Positions 37,958 to 47,826 are shown, counted from the stretch's first letter. The stretch is DNA of 64,000 nucleotides from Rhodospirillaceae bacterium (GCA_038127535.1 JAYPHU010000014.1:713-64712), one strand, 5' to 3'. Made by a program: numbers and translations. The notes: generated by a model from the sequence alone, not told the origin.

Positions 37958-39013
37958 CTATACCTTGTCGAACCCGTAGAGCGCGCGGGCGTTGTCATCA
38001 AGAATCTTGTCGATCGCGGAAACGGCAATTTCCCCGTTTTCTCTCAATTTGCGCAACGCCTCAATCTCCGTCGAGGTATCATGGTGACCATAATCCGTGC
38101 CGACCACCAGATTATCCTCACCGGCCGACGCAATCACATAGGGTAGATCGTCGGTCACCTGGCAGGCCACGTAGACATTGTTGTCGGCCAAGATCGAGGG
38201 GCCGAATTCCTTGCCCGTTTTCTTGAAACGTAATTTCAGATCGTTGAGCACATAGGGAATCCACTGTGCGCTCACCTCGATAAATCCCCAACGGACTTTG
38301 GGAAATTTTTCTGACAGGCCTTCCAGAATGAGCGAATGCACGGTGCCGATCACCGGCAACTTAAATTTCGAGAAGCCGGCTTCATCCAGGAACATATCGT
38401 GGACGTCGTAGGAGCCGTTGCCAGCGTGATGACAAATGGCCAGATCAAATTCCTCCGCCAGCTCAAACAGCGGATAGAAATACGGATCGACCAACCGCCG
38501 GCCGTTCTCTAGGCCCCGCATGAATATCCCGCAGGCGCCGTTTTCCGTGGCGAATTGGATTTCTTCGCGCAGGCCTTCCATGCTCATCAGCGGCAGGACC
38601 GCGACCCAGCGCAGCCGGCCGTTACCGTGTTTCCAAATTTCGGCGAGCCAGCGGTTATAGGATCGGGTCATGGCCCGTTCCACCGCCGCCTTCTTGGTCA
38701 GCGGGCGCAGGAATAAGGTCGGATAGAGGACCTGCACATCGATCCCCAGCTCGTCCATATGATTGAGCCGTTCCTCGATATCGGCCATTTCCCGCGCGGT
38801 TTGGGTGGTGTTGTAGCCCAGGTTCTGATCCCGGGAATGCACCCGGTTGTCGATCAGCCAGTATTCCTTCATCTCCTTGCCGTGGAGACCCACATCCGTA
38901 TACCCCGAGGTTTGATTCACCATGCGCGGTCTCAGCGCCTCCTCGCCTGCTTCCATAAATTCCCAGGTGCGGGGGGATTCGATCACGTGTGCGTCTGAAT
39001 CGATTGAGCCCAT
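37958..39013 (-). CDS. Amidohydrolase-2 family protein
   Basis: IDSDAHV, GIDVQVLYPT, ICHH, FIEVSAQW, GTDYGH. Confidence 0.88.
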   Translation of the reverse strand: MGSIDSDAHVIESPRTWEFMEAGEEALRPRMVNQTSGYTDVGLHGKEMKEYWLIDNRVHSRDQNLGYNTTQTAREMADIEERLNHMDELGIDVQVLYPTLFLRPLTKKAAVERAMTRSYNRWLAEIWKHGNGRLRWVAVLPLMSMEGLREEIQFATENGACGIFMRGLENGRRLVDPYFYPLFELAEEFDLAICHHAGNGSYDVHDMFLDEAGFSKFKLPVIGTVHSLILEGLSEKFPKVRWGFIEVSAQWIPYVLNDLKLRFKKTGKEFGPSILADNNVYVACQVTDDLPYVIASAGEDNLVVGTDYGHHDTSTEIEALRKLRENGEIAVSAIDKILDDNARALYGFDKV

Positions 39014-39054
39014 TTGGCTGTCTCCCTGTTGGTCTGCGCCAATAATTTATGACG

Positions 39055-39082
39055 CGTTGATTTCAGAAAACTGTAATCAACG
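39055..39082. promoter_or_regulatory. Candidate operator inverted repeat in a divergent promoter
   Basis: CGTTGATTTCAG-AAAA-CTGTAATCAACG, with 11 of 12 positions paired. Confidence 0.45.
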
Positions 39083-39192
39083 GCTGGCGCGCCGTAAAGC
39101 ATACCGCGCCGGTCTTCGTGCCAGCCCCGTGCCTTGTCTTGTCCCTGGCATTCTTCTCCGGCTAAATGGATCGGTAATTAGGGGAGTTGCCC

Positions 39193-40179
39193 GTGCTGGG
39201 AATCGTCTATGCATTGCTGGCGGCCGCCAGCTTCGGCTTCAACAACGCCAGCGCCCGGCGCGGTGTTTTGACCGGCACCGCGCTGCAGGGTTTGGTGGTC
39301 AGCCTGCCCTTGGGAATGCTCATATTTGTTATCGGCGCGACCCTGACGGACGAATGGCCGGCCCTGGCCGAGATCAGTTTTACCGGCTACGGGCTGCTGG
39401 CCCTGGCAGGGTTCATGCATTTCGCCTTGGGACGCTATTTCAACATTCGGTCGCTGGCCGCCATCGGCTCCAACCTAGCCTCGCCCATCCAGCAGTTTCA
39501 GCTCCTCTTATCACTGACCCTGGCTATCGTCTTTCTGGGCGAGACTCTGACGCCCTTAAAAGTGCTGGGCATCCTCTTGATCGTCGCCGCCCCCATCTAT
39601 GTACTGCGCATGCGGCGCAAAGACAAAGAGACAACATCTGTCCAAAAAGTAGAAACCAAAGACGGCTTTAATCCGCGGATGGCGGAGGGATATTTCTGCG
39701 CCTCCATGGCGGCGCTGGGGTTCGGCAGCAGCACGGTGCTGATCAAAGCCGGCCTGGGCGAAACCAATCTGAGCTTCATCGGCGGCTTTGTGGCCTATTC
39801 CGCCGCCATGATCACCATCGCGCTGGTCCTGGCGATCCCCGCCCGCCTGTCGGAAGTGCGCACGACGAACAAAGAGTCCCTCAAGTGGTTTGTCTATTCC
39901 GGCATCGGCGTCGGCGTGTCCCAGATGTTCCGCTTCCTCGCCCTGGGCATTGCGCCGGTGACCATTGTCCAGCCGCTGAACAGCCTGTCGGTGATCTTCC
40001 GGATGATCTTCGGCTATTTCCTCAACCGGGAGCACGAGCGCTTCGACCGTTATGTGATCATTGGGATTTTTCTGTCGTTCTTCGGCGCGCTGTCCTTGGC
40101 GCTCTCCAGCGATGTCATCCTGGCGAATGTGGATCTGCCGCCCTGGCTGGCGGAGATCGTTGGCTGGACCTGGCCTTAA
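39193..40179 (+). CDS. DMT/EamA family transporter
   Basis: Two repeated ~5-TM halves, GETLTPLKVLGILLI. The likely start is GTG 39193 after GGGGAG. Confidence 0.85.
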   Translation: MLGIVYALLAAASFGFNNASARRGVLTGTALQGLVVSLPLGMLIFVIGATLTDEWPALAEISFTGYGLLALAGFMHFALGRYFNIRSLAAIGSNLASPIQQFQLLLSLTLAIVFLGETLTPLKVLGILLIVAAPIYVLRMRRKDKETTSVQKVETKDGFNPRMAEGYFCASMAALGFGSSTVLIKAGLGETNLSFIGGFVAYSAAMITIALVLAIPARLSEVRTTNKESLKWFVYSGIGVGVSQMFRFLALGIAPVTIVQPLNSLSVIFRMIFGYFLNREHERFDRYVIIGIFLSFFGALSLALSSDVILANVDLPPWLAEIVGWTWP

Positions 40180-40182
40180 GTA

Positions 40183-42312
40183 TTAGAACAGATTAAGCCA
40201 GATGATGGATTTCAGCTCCGGAAACCAAACACCCATCAGAGATTGAGGCCACGGAACGATCAACAGGACGTGGAACAAGAGGTAAGACACAATCCACATG
40301 GGTACGGCAATCGACAGGGTCATTTTCCAACTTTCGCCGCTGCCGAACCGCATATAGCCCACCAGGAAGACAAACATGGACGGCAGCAGGCCGATCACCC
40401 CGGCGACGGCGAAGAAGAACAGCAGCCAGCCGAAATACACGGCCGCCCGGCGGAGTATTTCCTGAACAGAGAGATCTCCGTAGTCAGCCTTAATGTCGAA
40501 GTGCACATCCTCGCCCTCGACCGCAAAGGCATCCACTTTGTTTTTCTCGCCTACGCCAGTGGCTGCAACCGCAGAAGCTTCGATCGGCTTCGGCACAACG
40601 AAGAACCGCAAGAACACAATCCCGCCGGCAAAAAGAATCCCCGCGATGCTCATCACCTGGGGCACCAAGCGCGCCGCCAGCTCCCAATCTGCGGAGACAT
40701 AAAAAATGACGGCAAACAGGGCGATCACCCCAAAGGTGAAGTATGTGTCCGGGTTCATCGCCTCCGGCCGGAAGCCCAGAGTCAGGCCTCTGGAGATGCC
40801 CTGTTTACGCCGCGCGATATAGCTGCGAATGATGGGGCTCAGCACGCCGTACAAGGTGATCGCGAAAACAATCATGACCCAGGGATGGAACTCACCTTCG
40901 CGGACAACCCAAAGCCACTCCCAGCCATAGCGCTCCACCGAGATGAACATGTAACGTTCGATCAGCCCACCAAGCACAAAGCCCAAGATCAGTGGCGGCC
41001 GCGGCCAATGCATCCGTTTCATGAGCCAGCCTACAAGACCAAACGCCAGCAGGGTAACAATATCACCCCAGGACTTGGCGCCTTGGAAGGCGCCGATATA
41101 GGTGATCGCCAAAACCACCGGCGCCAGGATACCGATCCGCACCAGGGCAATCTTGGCAAGCTGTCCGGCAAACAGGAAGCACGTGCCTGCCCCCAAAATA
41201 TTGGCGATCGCCACCGACCAGACCAGGGTGTAGGTGATATCGAGGCGTTTGTTGAGCATTTCCGGTCCCGGCACCAGCCCGTGGATGAGGAACGCGCCCA
41301 GGATCAGCGCCATGGAGGCAGAGCCCGGCACACCAAAGGCGATGGTCGGCAACAGCGCGCCGCCTTCCTTGGCGTTGTTGGAACTCTCAGACGCGATCAC
41401 GCCCCGTACATCGCCCTTGCCGAAAGTTTTACCTGAATCCTTGATCGTGCGGACGGCGTGACCATAGGCGATCCAGTCAATGACGGATGCACCGATCCCG
41501 GGCACGGCTCCCAGGCCCGCGCCGAGGGTGGAACAACGGAACATCAAGAATTTATTCCTGAATACGTCCTTTACGCCCTCCCACTGCGCCCAGCGGGAAC
41601 CCACATCGGAATTTCCGGCAATGGATTTTCGCGAAATGACCATGTCAGCGATTTCCGGCACGGCAAACAAACCAAGCGCGATCGGCACCACCGGAATGCC
41701 ATCCCAGAGATAGAGCGTATCGAAAGTCCAGCGGAAGGTGCCGGTCTGGGAATCCTCGCCGGTCATGGCCACCAACACGCCGATGCAGGCGGCAGCCAAG
41801 CCCTTTAGCGGCGTGCCGCCGCTGAGCACCGCCACCAGGGACAGACCGAAGATGCAGATGGCGAACAATTCGGGCGATGCAATATTCAGGATAATCGGCC
41901 GGATCACCGGCACGGCGAGGGCCAGCAGAAACGCACCATAGAGCCCGCCCAGTACGGAAGCCGTAAACGCTGCGCCGAAGGCCCGGCCGGCTTCGCCCTT
42001 TCGCGCCATGGGATATCCATCGAGGATCGTCGCGGCTGAGCCCACCGTCCCCGGCACGCCGAACAACACCGCCGGGATCGTATCGGAGGTCACAACCACC
42101 GCCTGTAGCCCCATGAGAAAGGCCAATGCGGTATAGGGGTCCATATTAAAGGTGAACGGCAACAGAAGTGACAGGCCGACAAGGCCGCCCAGGCCGGGGA
42201 TCACGCCCAGGATCAGCCCGAAGAACACTCCCAGCGCCAAAAAGGAGAGACGCAACGGATCGGCCAGATTTGCAGCCGCCGTGATGGCCATATCCAGCAT
42301 ACTTACTTCCAT
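40183..42312 (-). CDS. tctA: Tripartite tricarboxylate transporter TctA with a C-terminal TctB-like fusion
   Basis: IPGLGG, LFGVPGT, DGYPMARKG, ESSNNAKEGG, GVPGS, HGLVPGP, followed by about 200 aa of 4-TM TctB-like tail. Start is uncertain (42300-42339). Confidence 0.9.
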   Translation of the reverse strand: MEVSMLDMAITAAANLADPLRLSFLALGVFFGLILGVIPGLGGLVGLSLLLPFTFNMDPYTALAFLMGLQAVVVTSDTIPAVLFGVPGTVGSAATILDGYPMARKGEAGRAFGAAFTASVLGGLYGAFLLALAVPVIRPIILNIASPELFAICIFGLSLVAVLSGGTPLKGLAAACIGVLVAMTGEDSQTGTFRWTFDTLYLWDGIPVVPIALGLFAVPEIADMVISRKSIAGNSDVGSRWAQWEGVKDVFRNKFLMFRCSTLGAGLGAVPGIGASVIDWIAYGHAVRTIKDSGKTFGKGDVRGVIASESSNNAKEGGALLPTIAFGVPGSASMALILGAFLIHGLVPGPEMLNKRLDITYTLVWSVAIANILGAGTCFLFAGQLAKIALVRIGILAPVVLAITYIGAFQGAKSWGDIVTLLAFGLVGWLMKRMHWPRPPLILGFVLGGLIERYMFISVERYGWEWLWVVREGEFHPWVMIVFAITLYGVLSPIIRSYIARRKQGISRGLTLGFRPEAMNPDTYFTFGVIALFAVIFYVSADWELAARLVPQVMSIAGILFAGGIVFLRFFVVPKPIEASAVAATGVGEKNKVDAFAVEGEDVHFDIKADYGDLSVQEILRRAAVYFGWLLFFFAVAGVIGLLPSMFVFLVGYMRFGSGESWKMTLSIAVPMWIVSYLLFHVLLIVPWPQSLMGVWFPELKSIIWLNLF

Positions 42313-42609
42313 GCCCGGAAATTCTCCCTGTGTGGGCAATTCTCCTCGAAGAATTGCTGATGCCTACTTATTTATGAGCCAATGTGTAGCAGATTAATCT
42401 GCCCCAGTTCCATGAAAACTCTTCAATTTTTCGGGAAAATTGCTTAGAACACTTAGGAGTTTTGCCGCAGTCCTGATAGGATACCGGCGTTTTTAGCAAT
42501 ATGGCGGTATGCCGGAATGCAGGTTGTCGCCACAATTGCGGCACAATTTATCGGTTCAAATTTGTCGGAATGATCTCAATTTTCCCGGCAATGATCCAAA
42601 GGAGGTAAT

Positions 42610-43644
42610 ATGTACAAGTTTCTGAAATACTCTGCTGTGGCCGCAGTTGGCGCAGCTCTTCTGGCCGGCGCGCCTGCCAAGGCGCAAAGCGCCGCTGACT
42701 TCTTCAAGGGTAAGACCCTGACCATCGTATACGGCTTTGGTTCGGGCGGCACCTACGGCAGATTCTCTCTGCTGTTTGCGGAATATATGTCGAAGCACAT
42801 TCCGGGCAATCCGCAGGTGATCGCCCAATCCATGCCGGGTGCCGGTGGCCTGAAGGCCGCAAACTATGCCTACAACGTCATGCCCAAGGACGGCACTGGC
42901 CTCTACGTGCCGGTCGATACGCTGATCGTCTCTGAATTGCTTCGTCCGAAAGCGGTGAAATTCAAGTCCGATAAGTTCACCTGGCTCGGCAACGCGGTTC
43001 AGGCGAACGCCGTCATCGTGGTTCGGACGGATGCCGGCATCAACAAACTTGAAGACCTCAAAAGCAAGCAGGTCATCATCGCGTCCACCGGTAAAGGATC
43101 GCAGACCTTCCTGATGCCGGCTCTGATGAACGCCGTCTACGGCGCCAAGTTCAAGATCGTTTCCGGCTACAAGGGGTCCCGCAATCTGCAGCTGGCCATG
43201 GAACAGGGTGAGGCCCAAGGTTCTTCCCTGACCTGGCTGGCCTGGTCCACCGCCAAACCCCAGTGGTTCAAGCCGGGCGGATTTGCGAAAGCCCTCGTCC
43301 AAATCGGTTATGCCAAGGACAAAGCCCTGCCGAACGTGCCGCTGGCATCCGAGGTCGTTACTGATCCGGGTGACAAGCAGATCGTCAACTTCATGGCGTC
43401 CATGGGCCCGATTGGCCGTGGCCTCGCGGTCCCGCCGGGCGTCCCGGCCGACCGCGTTGCGGTGTTGCGGAAAGCCTTCTCCGACATGATTGCGGACCCG
43501 ACGTTTGGACCGGCAGCCAAAAAACGGAAGTTGGCGGTCAACGCCCTTTCCGGCGAAGAAGTCCAAAAAATTGTCAATGAATCGATGAAAGTCGATGAAG
43601 CTTTGTTGAAGCGGGCCCGCGCGGGCATCATGGGTGGCAAATAA
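42610..43644 (+). CDS. tctC: TTT substrate-binding protein (Bug/TctC family)
   Basis: Signal peptide, HIPGNP, MPGAGG, PKDG, GYKG, LPNVP, PPGVPADRV. Confidence 0.9.
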   Translation: MYKFLKYSAVAAVGAALLAGAPAKAQSAADFFKGKTLTIVYGFGSGGTYGRFSLLFAEYMSKHIPGNPQVIAQSMPGAGGLKAANYAYNVMPKDGTGLYVPVDTLIVSELLRPKAVKFKSDKFTWLGNAVQANAVIVVRTDAGINKLEDLKSKQVIIASTGKGSQTFLMPALMNAVYGAKFKIVSGYKGSRNLQLAMEQGEAQGSSLTWLAWSTAKPQWFKPGGFAKALVQIGYAKDKALPNVPLASEVVTDPGDKQIVNFMASMGPIGRGLAVPPGVPADRVAVLRKAFSDMIADPTFGPAAKKRKLAVNALSGEEVQKIVNESMKVDEALLKRARAGIMGGK

Positions 43645-43677
43645 GCCTGTACCGCTGACACAAGACTGAGTTAGAGA

Positions 43678-43713
43678 GCGGACGGGCGGCCATCGCCCGT
43701 CCGTTTCTCGTTT
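43678..43713 (+). terminator. Hairpin or terminator after tctC
   Basis: GCGGACGGGCG-N5-CGCCCGTCCGT followed by TTCTCGTTT. Confidence 0.65.
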
Positions 43714-43731
43714 CAGATCAGGGGAAGAACC

Positions 43732-44433
43732 ATGGCTGATAAAAGTGTGTTCGAGGATCACTGCTGGAAGGACGTTATCTCGGAAGAGGATTACGCGACC
43801 TATGCACCCTATCGGCGGGAGACCTATATCGGCGAACGGCCCGCGGTGTTGGCCATCGACCTCTACAATTTAGTATTCAAGGGCGGGCCCAAACCGCCAT
43901 CCGAAATTACCGTCAAATTTCCCAGCACCTGTGGCCAATACGCTTACGAGGCGGTTGAGCCGATCCAAAAATTATTGGCTGGCTGCCGGGCGGCAAACCT
44001 GCCGATCTTTTATATTACCGGCCGGTTTTCGGAGAACCGGGTGCGCTCCACTCGGCGCAACGTGGCGCCGCTCACAAAGGAAGATTATGAAATCCATGAG
44101 GCGTTCACCCCCGAACCTGATGACGTCGTCTTCCGCAAGGAGCGCGCCAGCGCTTTTTTCGGCACTCCTTTGATCGCCCATCTTACTCAGGGCGGCTTCG
44201 ACAGTCTGATCGTCTGCGGCGAAAGCACATCCGGCTGCGTACGCACCAGCGTTCTCGACGCCTATTCTTATGGTTTCCATATCTCTATCGTCGAGGAATG
44301 CGTGTTCGACCGGAGCGAACTGATCCATAAGGTCAACCTGTTCGACATGCACCACAAATATGCAGACGTGATGAAGCTGAACGAAGTGCTGGCTCATTTG
44401 GCCGGCCCGACCGAAACCAAAGGGGTCGCTTAG
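43732..44433 (+). CDS. Isochorismatase family cysteine hydrolase (NicF/RutB/N-carbamoylsarcosine amidase-like)
   Basis: AIDL (Asp), RKERASAFFGT (Lys), GESTSGCVRTSVLDA (Cys). Confidence 0.9.
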   Translation: MADKSVFEDHCWKDVISEEDYATYAPYRRETYIGERPAVLAIDLYNLVFKGGPKPPSEITVKFPSTCGQYAYEAVEPIQKLLAGCRAANLPIFYITGRFSENRVRSTRRNVAPLTKEDYEIHEAFTPEPDDVVFRKERASAFFGTPLIAHLTQGGFDSLIVCGESTSGCVRTSVLDAYSYGFHISIVEECVFDRSELIHKVNLFDMHHKYADVMKLNEVLAHLAGPTETKGVA

Positions 44434-45863
44434 AGCCTTCTCAGCTGATCACAAAGATCGCCGGCCATCCGATAGACCTGAAAACCGATTGCGGGCACGC
44501 CGTTGACCTCCCCAAACCGGGCGCGGGTCATCGGCCCGATTACCCGTAGGAGAGGATCGTTTCGCCCCGATGCGTTGAGCGCGGCACAGCTTCCATCCAC
44601 CTCGACTCCCATGGCGAAGGGGCTTTCCACCAGAATGCCCAGCGCCACAAGATCAACCAGGAAAGGGCTGCCCGACTTGGCTGGGCTGCGTGTCGGCCCC
44701 GTACAGTTGACCACCGCGTCGAAAGTCTGAACCGCGATATCTTTGCTTCCCCGTGGGCGAATACCGACCGCCAGTCCGTCGCCGTCAGCCTCGGCAGAGA
44801 CCAGACTGCCCGCGAGAAGCCGCACCTGACCGTTCTCCATGGCCTGACCCACTCGCGCCTCGATTTGCGGCGGCAGGCGGAACCGATGGCTCTCATACCA
44901 GGGCGCGAGATGGCGGAAGAATCGGTTCTTTTCCTCATCGGGCAGGTTCGGCCACAGCACATGCGCCGCGTCCCGCAGAAAGTCGAATGCCACCTGCCAT
45001 TCGATCCCGTCAGGCTCCAGCTGACGGATATCACTTCTGAGCGCCCGCAAAATTTTAACCACGGTCTCCGGCGTGCCGTGACGGGTGACAAAGTCCGGCG
45101 GGTCCAGGTTCATTTCCTCCCACAGGGTGCGGGGCGGCGGGGCCACCCGCTGTGGCTTCGGATAGAGCCCGCGGCGGGACACAGCGGTGATCCGGCTGTC
45201 CGGCGAGCGACGCATCACCGTCATCGCCACATCCGCCATGGTCAGACCGGTGCCGATGATCAGTACCTCTCCGCCGGGCTTGATGCCGCAGAGCCGGTCC
45301 AGGTCCCAGGGGTTGGGCACGAAGGCTGGGTGATCCTCCAGACGTTCATTGAACGGAGGGGGAATGGCCGGGCGGGAATTGTTGGTGCACAAAACCACAG
45401 CGTCCGCCGTCAGAGCCTCGCCCGTGTCCAGGGTTAGCTGGTAACCGGCATCCTCGGCAGTCATAGATTGGGCGGATGCCTGCACGTGCCGCAAGTTTGA
45501 ACCGGAGGGGTTGTCTCGGCTGTTTTTGGCGAACTCCAGTCCCAGGTAGCGGCCCAGCTCGCTGCGGCGGACAAACACCCGGCCATCCGGCATCTGCGCG
45601 TCCGGATCATCGTCGGCGATCTCCTCTTCGACCACCCAGCGTGCAAAATGGTTGGTGTCCTCTGCATAAATATAGTGAACCACCGCCGGGCCATTCAGCC
45701 GGTGATCAGGGTCGGTACTGCCATAAGCCACGCCACGCCCCACCTCAGACTCGGGTCCGACCACGGTGATCTCCAGAGGAATGGCGGATTGCTGCGCGAG
45801 TTGGACCGCCACGCAAACGCCGCTATAGCCGCCCCCGATGATGACGACTCGGGGCTCAGGCAT
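44430..45863 (-). CDS. FAD/NAD(P)-binding flavoprotein (HpyO/CreE-like family)
   Basis: IIGGGYSG, GRGVAY, IIGTGLTMADV, SRRG, HRFRLPP, VNCTGP, IGPMTRA. Confidence 0.8.
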   Translation of the reverse strand: MPEPRVVIIGGGYSGVCVAVQLAQQSAIPLEITVVGPESEVGRGVAYGSTDPDHRLNGPAVVHYIYAEDTNHFARWVVEEEIADDDPDAQMPDGRVFVRRSELGRYLGLEFAKNSRDNPSGSNLRHVQASAQSMTAEDAGYQLTLDTGEALTADAVVLCTNNSRPAIPPPFNERLEDHPAFVPNPWDLDRLCGIKPGGEVLIIGTGLTMADVAMTVMRRSPDSRITAVSRRGLYPKPQRVAPPPRTLWEEMNLDPPDFVTRHGTPETVVKILRALRSDIRQLEPDGIEWQVAFDFLRDAAHVLWPNLPDEEKNRFFRHLAPWYESHRFRLPPQIEARVGQAMENGQVRLLAGSLVSAEADGDGLAVGIRPRGSKDIAVQTFDAVVNCTGPTRSPAKSGSPFLVDLVALGILVESPFAMGVEVDGSCAALNASGRNDPLLRVIGPMTRARFGEVNGVPAIGFQVYRMAGDLCDQLRRL

Positions 45864-46857
45864 CCGGCAATAGTTCCGACAATCTTACGGACCGGCCTTC
45901 GGCGGACGACTTCCCGGCGGCGAGTACGATGGCCAGGGGTTGAAGCGCCTCCCGCCCGCCGATCTCTGGCGCCCGCCCCTCGGCAATGGCGTCGGCAAAG
46001 TCCTCCAGTTCCGCGGTCAGATGATCAATGGGCGGATAGTCCACAGACACCCGCTCGAGCTCGCCGGTCTTCTGCACCCGCAACCCGTCCGTATTCAACT
46101 CAAAGAAAGCGTTGCCCTTGGTGCCATGCGTAACCAGATCAAACCGCAAAGGCGAACAATAGTTGGAGCCGACAAAACCAATAGCGCCGGACTCGAACCG
46201 CAGTAAAACGGCGGTCACATCCTCAATCTCGGGTTCGGTCTCAAGCCGGTTGAAATAAGCGGAGACCTCGCTGACCGGCCCCATGAGATAGAGCATGTTG
46301 TCGATCTGATGAATGCCCAGCTGCATCAAACAGCCGCCTGGAATTTCCGCCGGATTGGTGCGCCACACGCCGGGTTTCATTTTCAGTCCGTTGTCGTTGC
46401 CGAAAAAGGCCTCAGCCATGCTGACCCGTCCCAGCTCGCCCGTGTCGATCAAGTGGCGCATGTGCCGAAGCGCGCCGTTGCGCCGATAACAATGCCCCAC
46501 CGCCAAGGTGACACCCGCCGCGTCGCAGACCTCAATCATGGCGCGCCCGTCTTCCAGCGTGTTGGAGATGGGTTTTTCCACGAACACATGCTTGCCCGCT
46601 TCCGCCGCCCGCTCCGTGCCTTCCCGGTGGGCTGAGTTCGGTGTGGTCAGGATCACCGCGTCCACATCATCCCTGGCCAGCAAGGCCTCATAGCTTTCCA
46701 CCGCGTCGCAGCCGAACTTCTCGGAAAACTCGGCGCACTTTTTAGGGCTCCGCGTATAGCCCGCGCGCAAATCAAGCTTGTCGCTGGCCTGCATGGTCTC
46801 GGCCAGAACGTTTGACCACCAGCCGATGCCTACAATACCGACGCGAAGAAGTATCAT
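45856..46857 (-). CDS. Gfo/Idh/MocA family oxidoreductase
   Basis: IVGIGWW, TPNSAH, VEKPIS, LGIHQID. Confidence 0.92.
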   Translation of the reverse strand: MILLRVGIVGIGWWSNVLAETMQASDKLDLRAGYTRSPKKCAEFSEKFGCDAVESYEALLARDDVDAVILTTPNSAHREGTERAAEAGKHVFVEKPISNTLEDGRAMIEVCDAAGVTLAVGHCYRRNGALRHMRHLIDTGELGRVSMAEAFFGNDNGLKMKPGVWRTNPAEIPGGCLMQLGIHQIDNMLYLMGPVSEVSAYFNRLETEPEIEDVTAVLLRFESGAIGFVGSNYCSPLRFDLVTHGTKGNAFFELNTDGLRVQKTGELERVSVDYPPIDHLTAELEDFADAIAEGRAPEIGGREALQPLAIVLAAGKSSAEGRSVRLSELLPDA

Positions 46858-46867
46858 GGTCTGCTCC

Positions 46868-47674
46868 CTAAATCTTATCTTCCCATTCCGCCAGGAACGG
46901 TTCCACCAGCGCGTTCCATTCGTCGGAATGGCGTCGGAAGGAATAGTGCCCGCCCTCCTCCACGAGGATCAGTTTGGAGCCTTCGATGGCAGCGTGTAGA
47001 TCTTCGGAGAAATAATAAGGCACCGTCGCATCATCCCGCGTCCCAATGATCAAGGACGGATTTTTAATCTTGGTGAGCTCATCCAGCCGGTCATGGCTCA
47101 TGGTCATGTCGAGACGCGCCGCCAGAATTTCCGGCTTAGCAATGGTATCCAGGGACCGTTTCTCCACTTCCATCACGCGATCCAGATTATAGCGAAACTG
47201 GTTGGCCCCATTGGTGAACAGCGAGCTGATCTTCACATAGGCTTCCTGTCCTTCGGCCAGCGCGATCTGCTTGCGCGCCGTCTGCACCCGCATTATGTAT
47301 TCATCTGCCTTGGTCCAGGTGTTGGAGAAAATGCAGCAGCGCAACCGGTCCGGATGATCGATGGCTAGATTCTGCAGGATGGCCCCGCCGGTCGACGTGC
47401 CGGCCACATGCGCCTTTTCGATCCCCAACGTGTCCATCAGGGCGATCACATCCTCGGCGATGTGCTTAGTGGAATATTCGCTTAGGGGTGGCCGGTCGCT
47501 TTCTCCGGCGCCCCGGTGATCCAGGGAAATACAGCGATAGCTCTTGGAAAACTCGGCGATCTGATAGCCCCAGGCAGTCAGCAGCCCGACGAGGCCGGGG
47601 ATGAAGATAAACGGCGGGCCATCTCCCTTCTCTTCCACGTTAAGGGTGATCCGTCCGACATCGATTCTCGCCAT
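46868..47674 (-). CDS. Alpha/beta hydrolase (RutD/enol-lactonase-like)
   Basis: FIPGLVG, DHRGAGES, GTSTGG nucleophile, DDATVP, GGHY. The likely start is ATG 47674. Confidence 0.88.
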   Translation of the reverse strand: MARIDVGRITLNVEEKGDGPPFIFIPGLVGLLTAWGYQIAEFSKSYRCISLDHRGAGESDRPPLSEYSTKHIAEDVIALMDTLGIEKAHVAGTSTGGAILQNLAIDHPDRLRCCIFSNTWTKADEYIMRVQTARKQIALAEGQEAYVKISSLFTNGANQFRYNLDRVMEVEKRSLDTIAKPEILAARLDMTMSHDRLDELTKIKNPSLIIGTRDDATVPYYFSEDLHAAIEGSKLILVEEGGHYSFRRHSDEWNALVEPFLAEWEDKI

Positions 47675-47774
47675 GATTTCCCCAATATTCTGCTCCGTTT
47701 GGTCGAGACCGCACTCTAGGCAACCCCGGCCAATGGGACAAACGGATTTCCCGCAGCATACCCTCGGATGTGCG

Positions 47775-47803
47775 TTGACACTCCCGGTTTTGAACAGCAC
47801 TTT
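47775..47803 (+). promoter_or_regulatory. Putative sigma70 promoter for the acyl-CoA operon
   Basis: TTGACA at 47775-47780, a 17-nt spacer, then CACTTT. Confidence 0.4.
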
Positions 47804-47826
47804 AGGCAAAATTCGAGGAGAGCAAG

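Noticed and set aside
39057-39080. FNR/FixK box
   Set aside because: TTGAT and ATCAA are 14 nt apart rather than 4.
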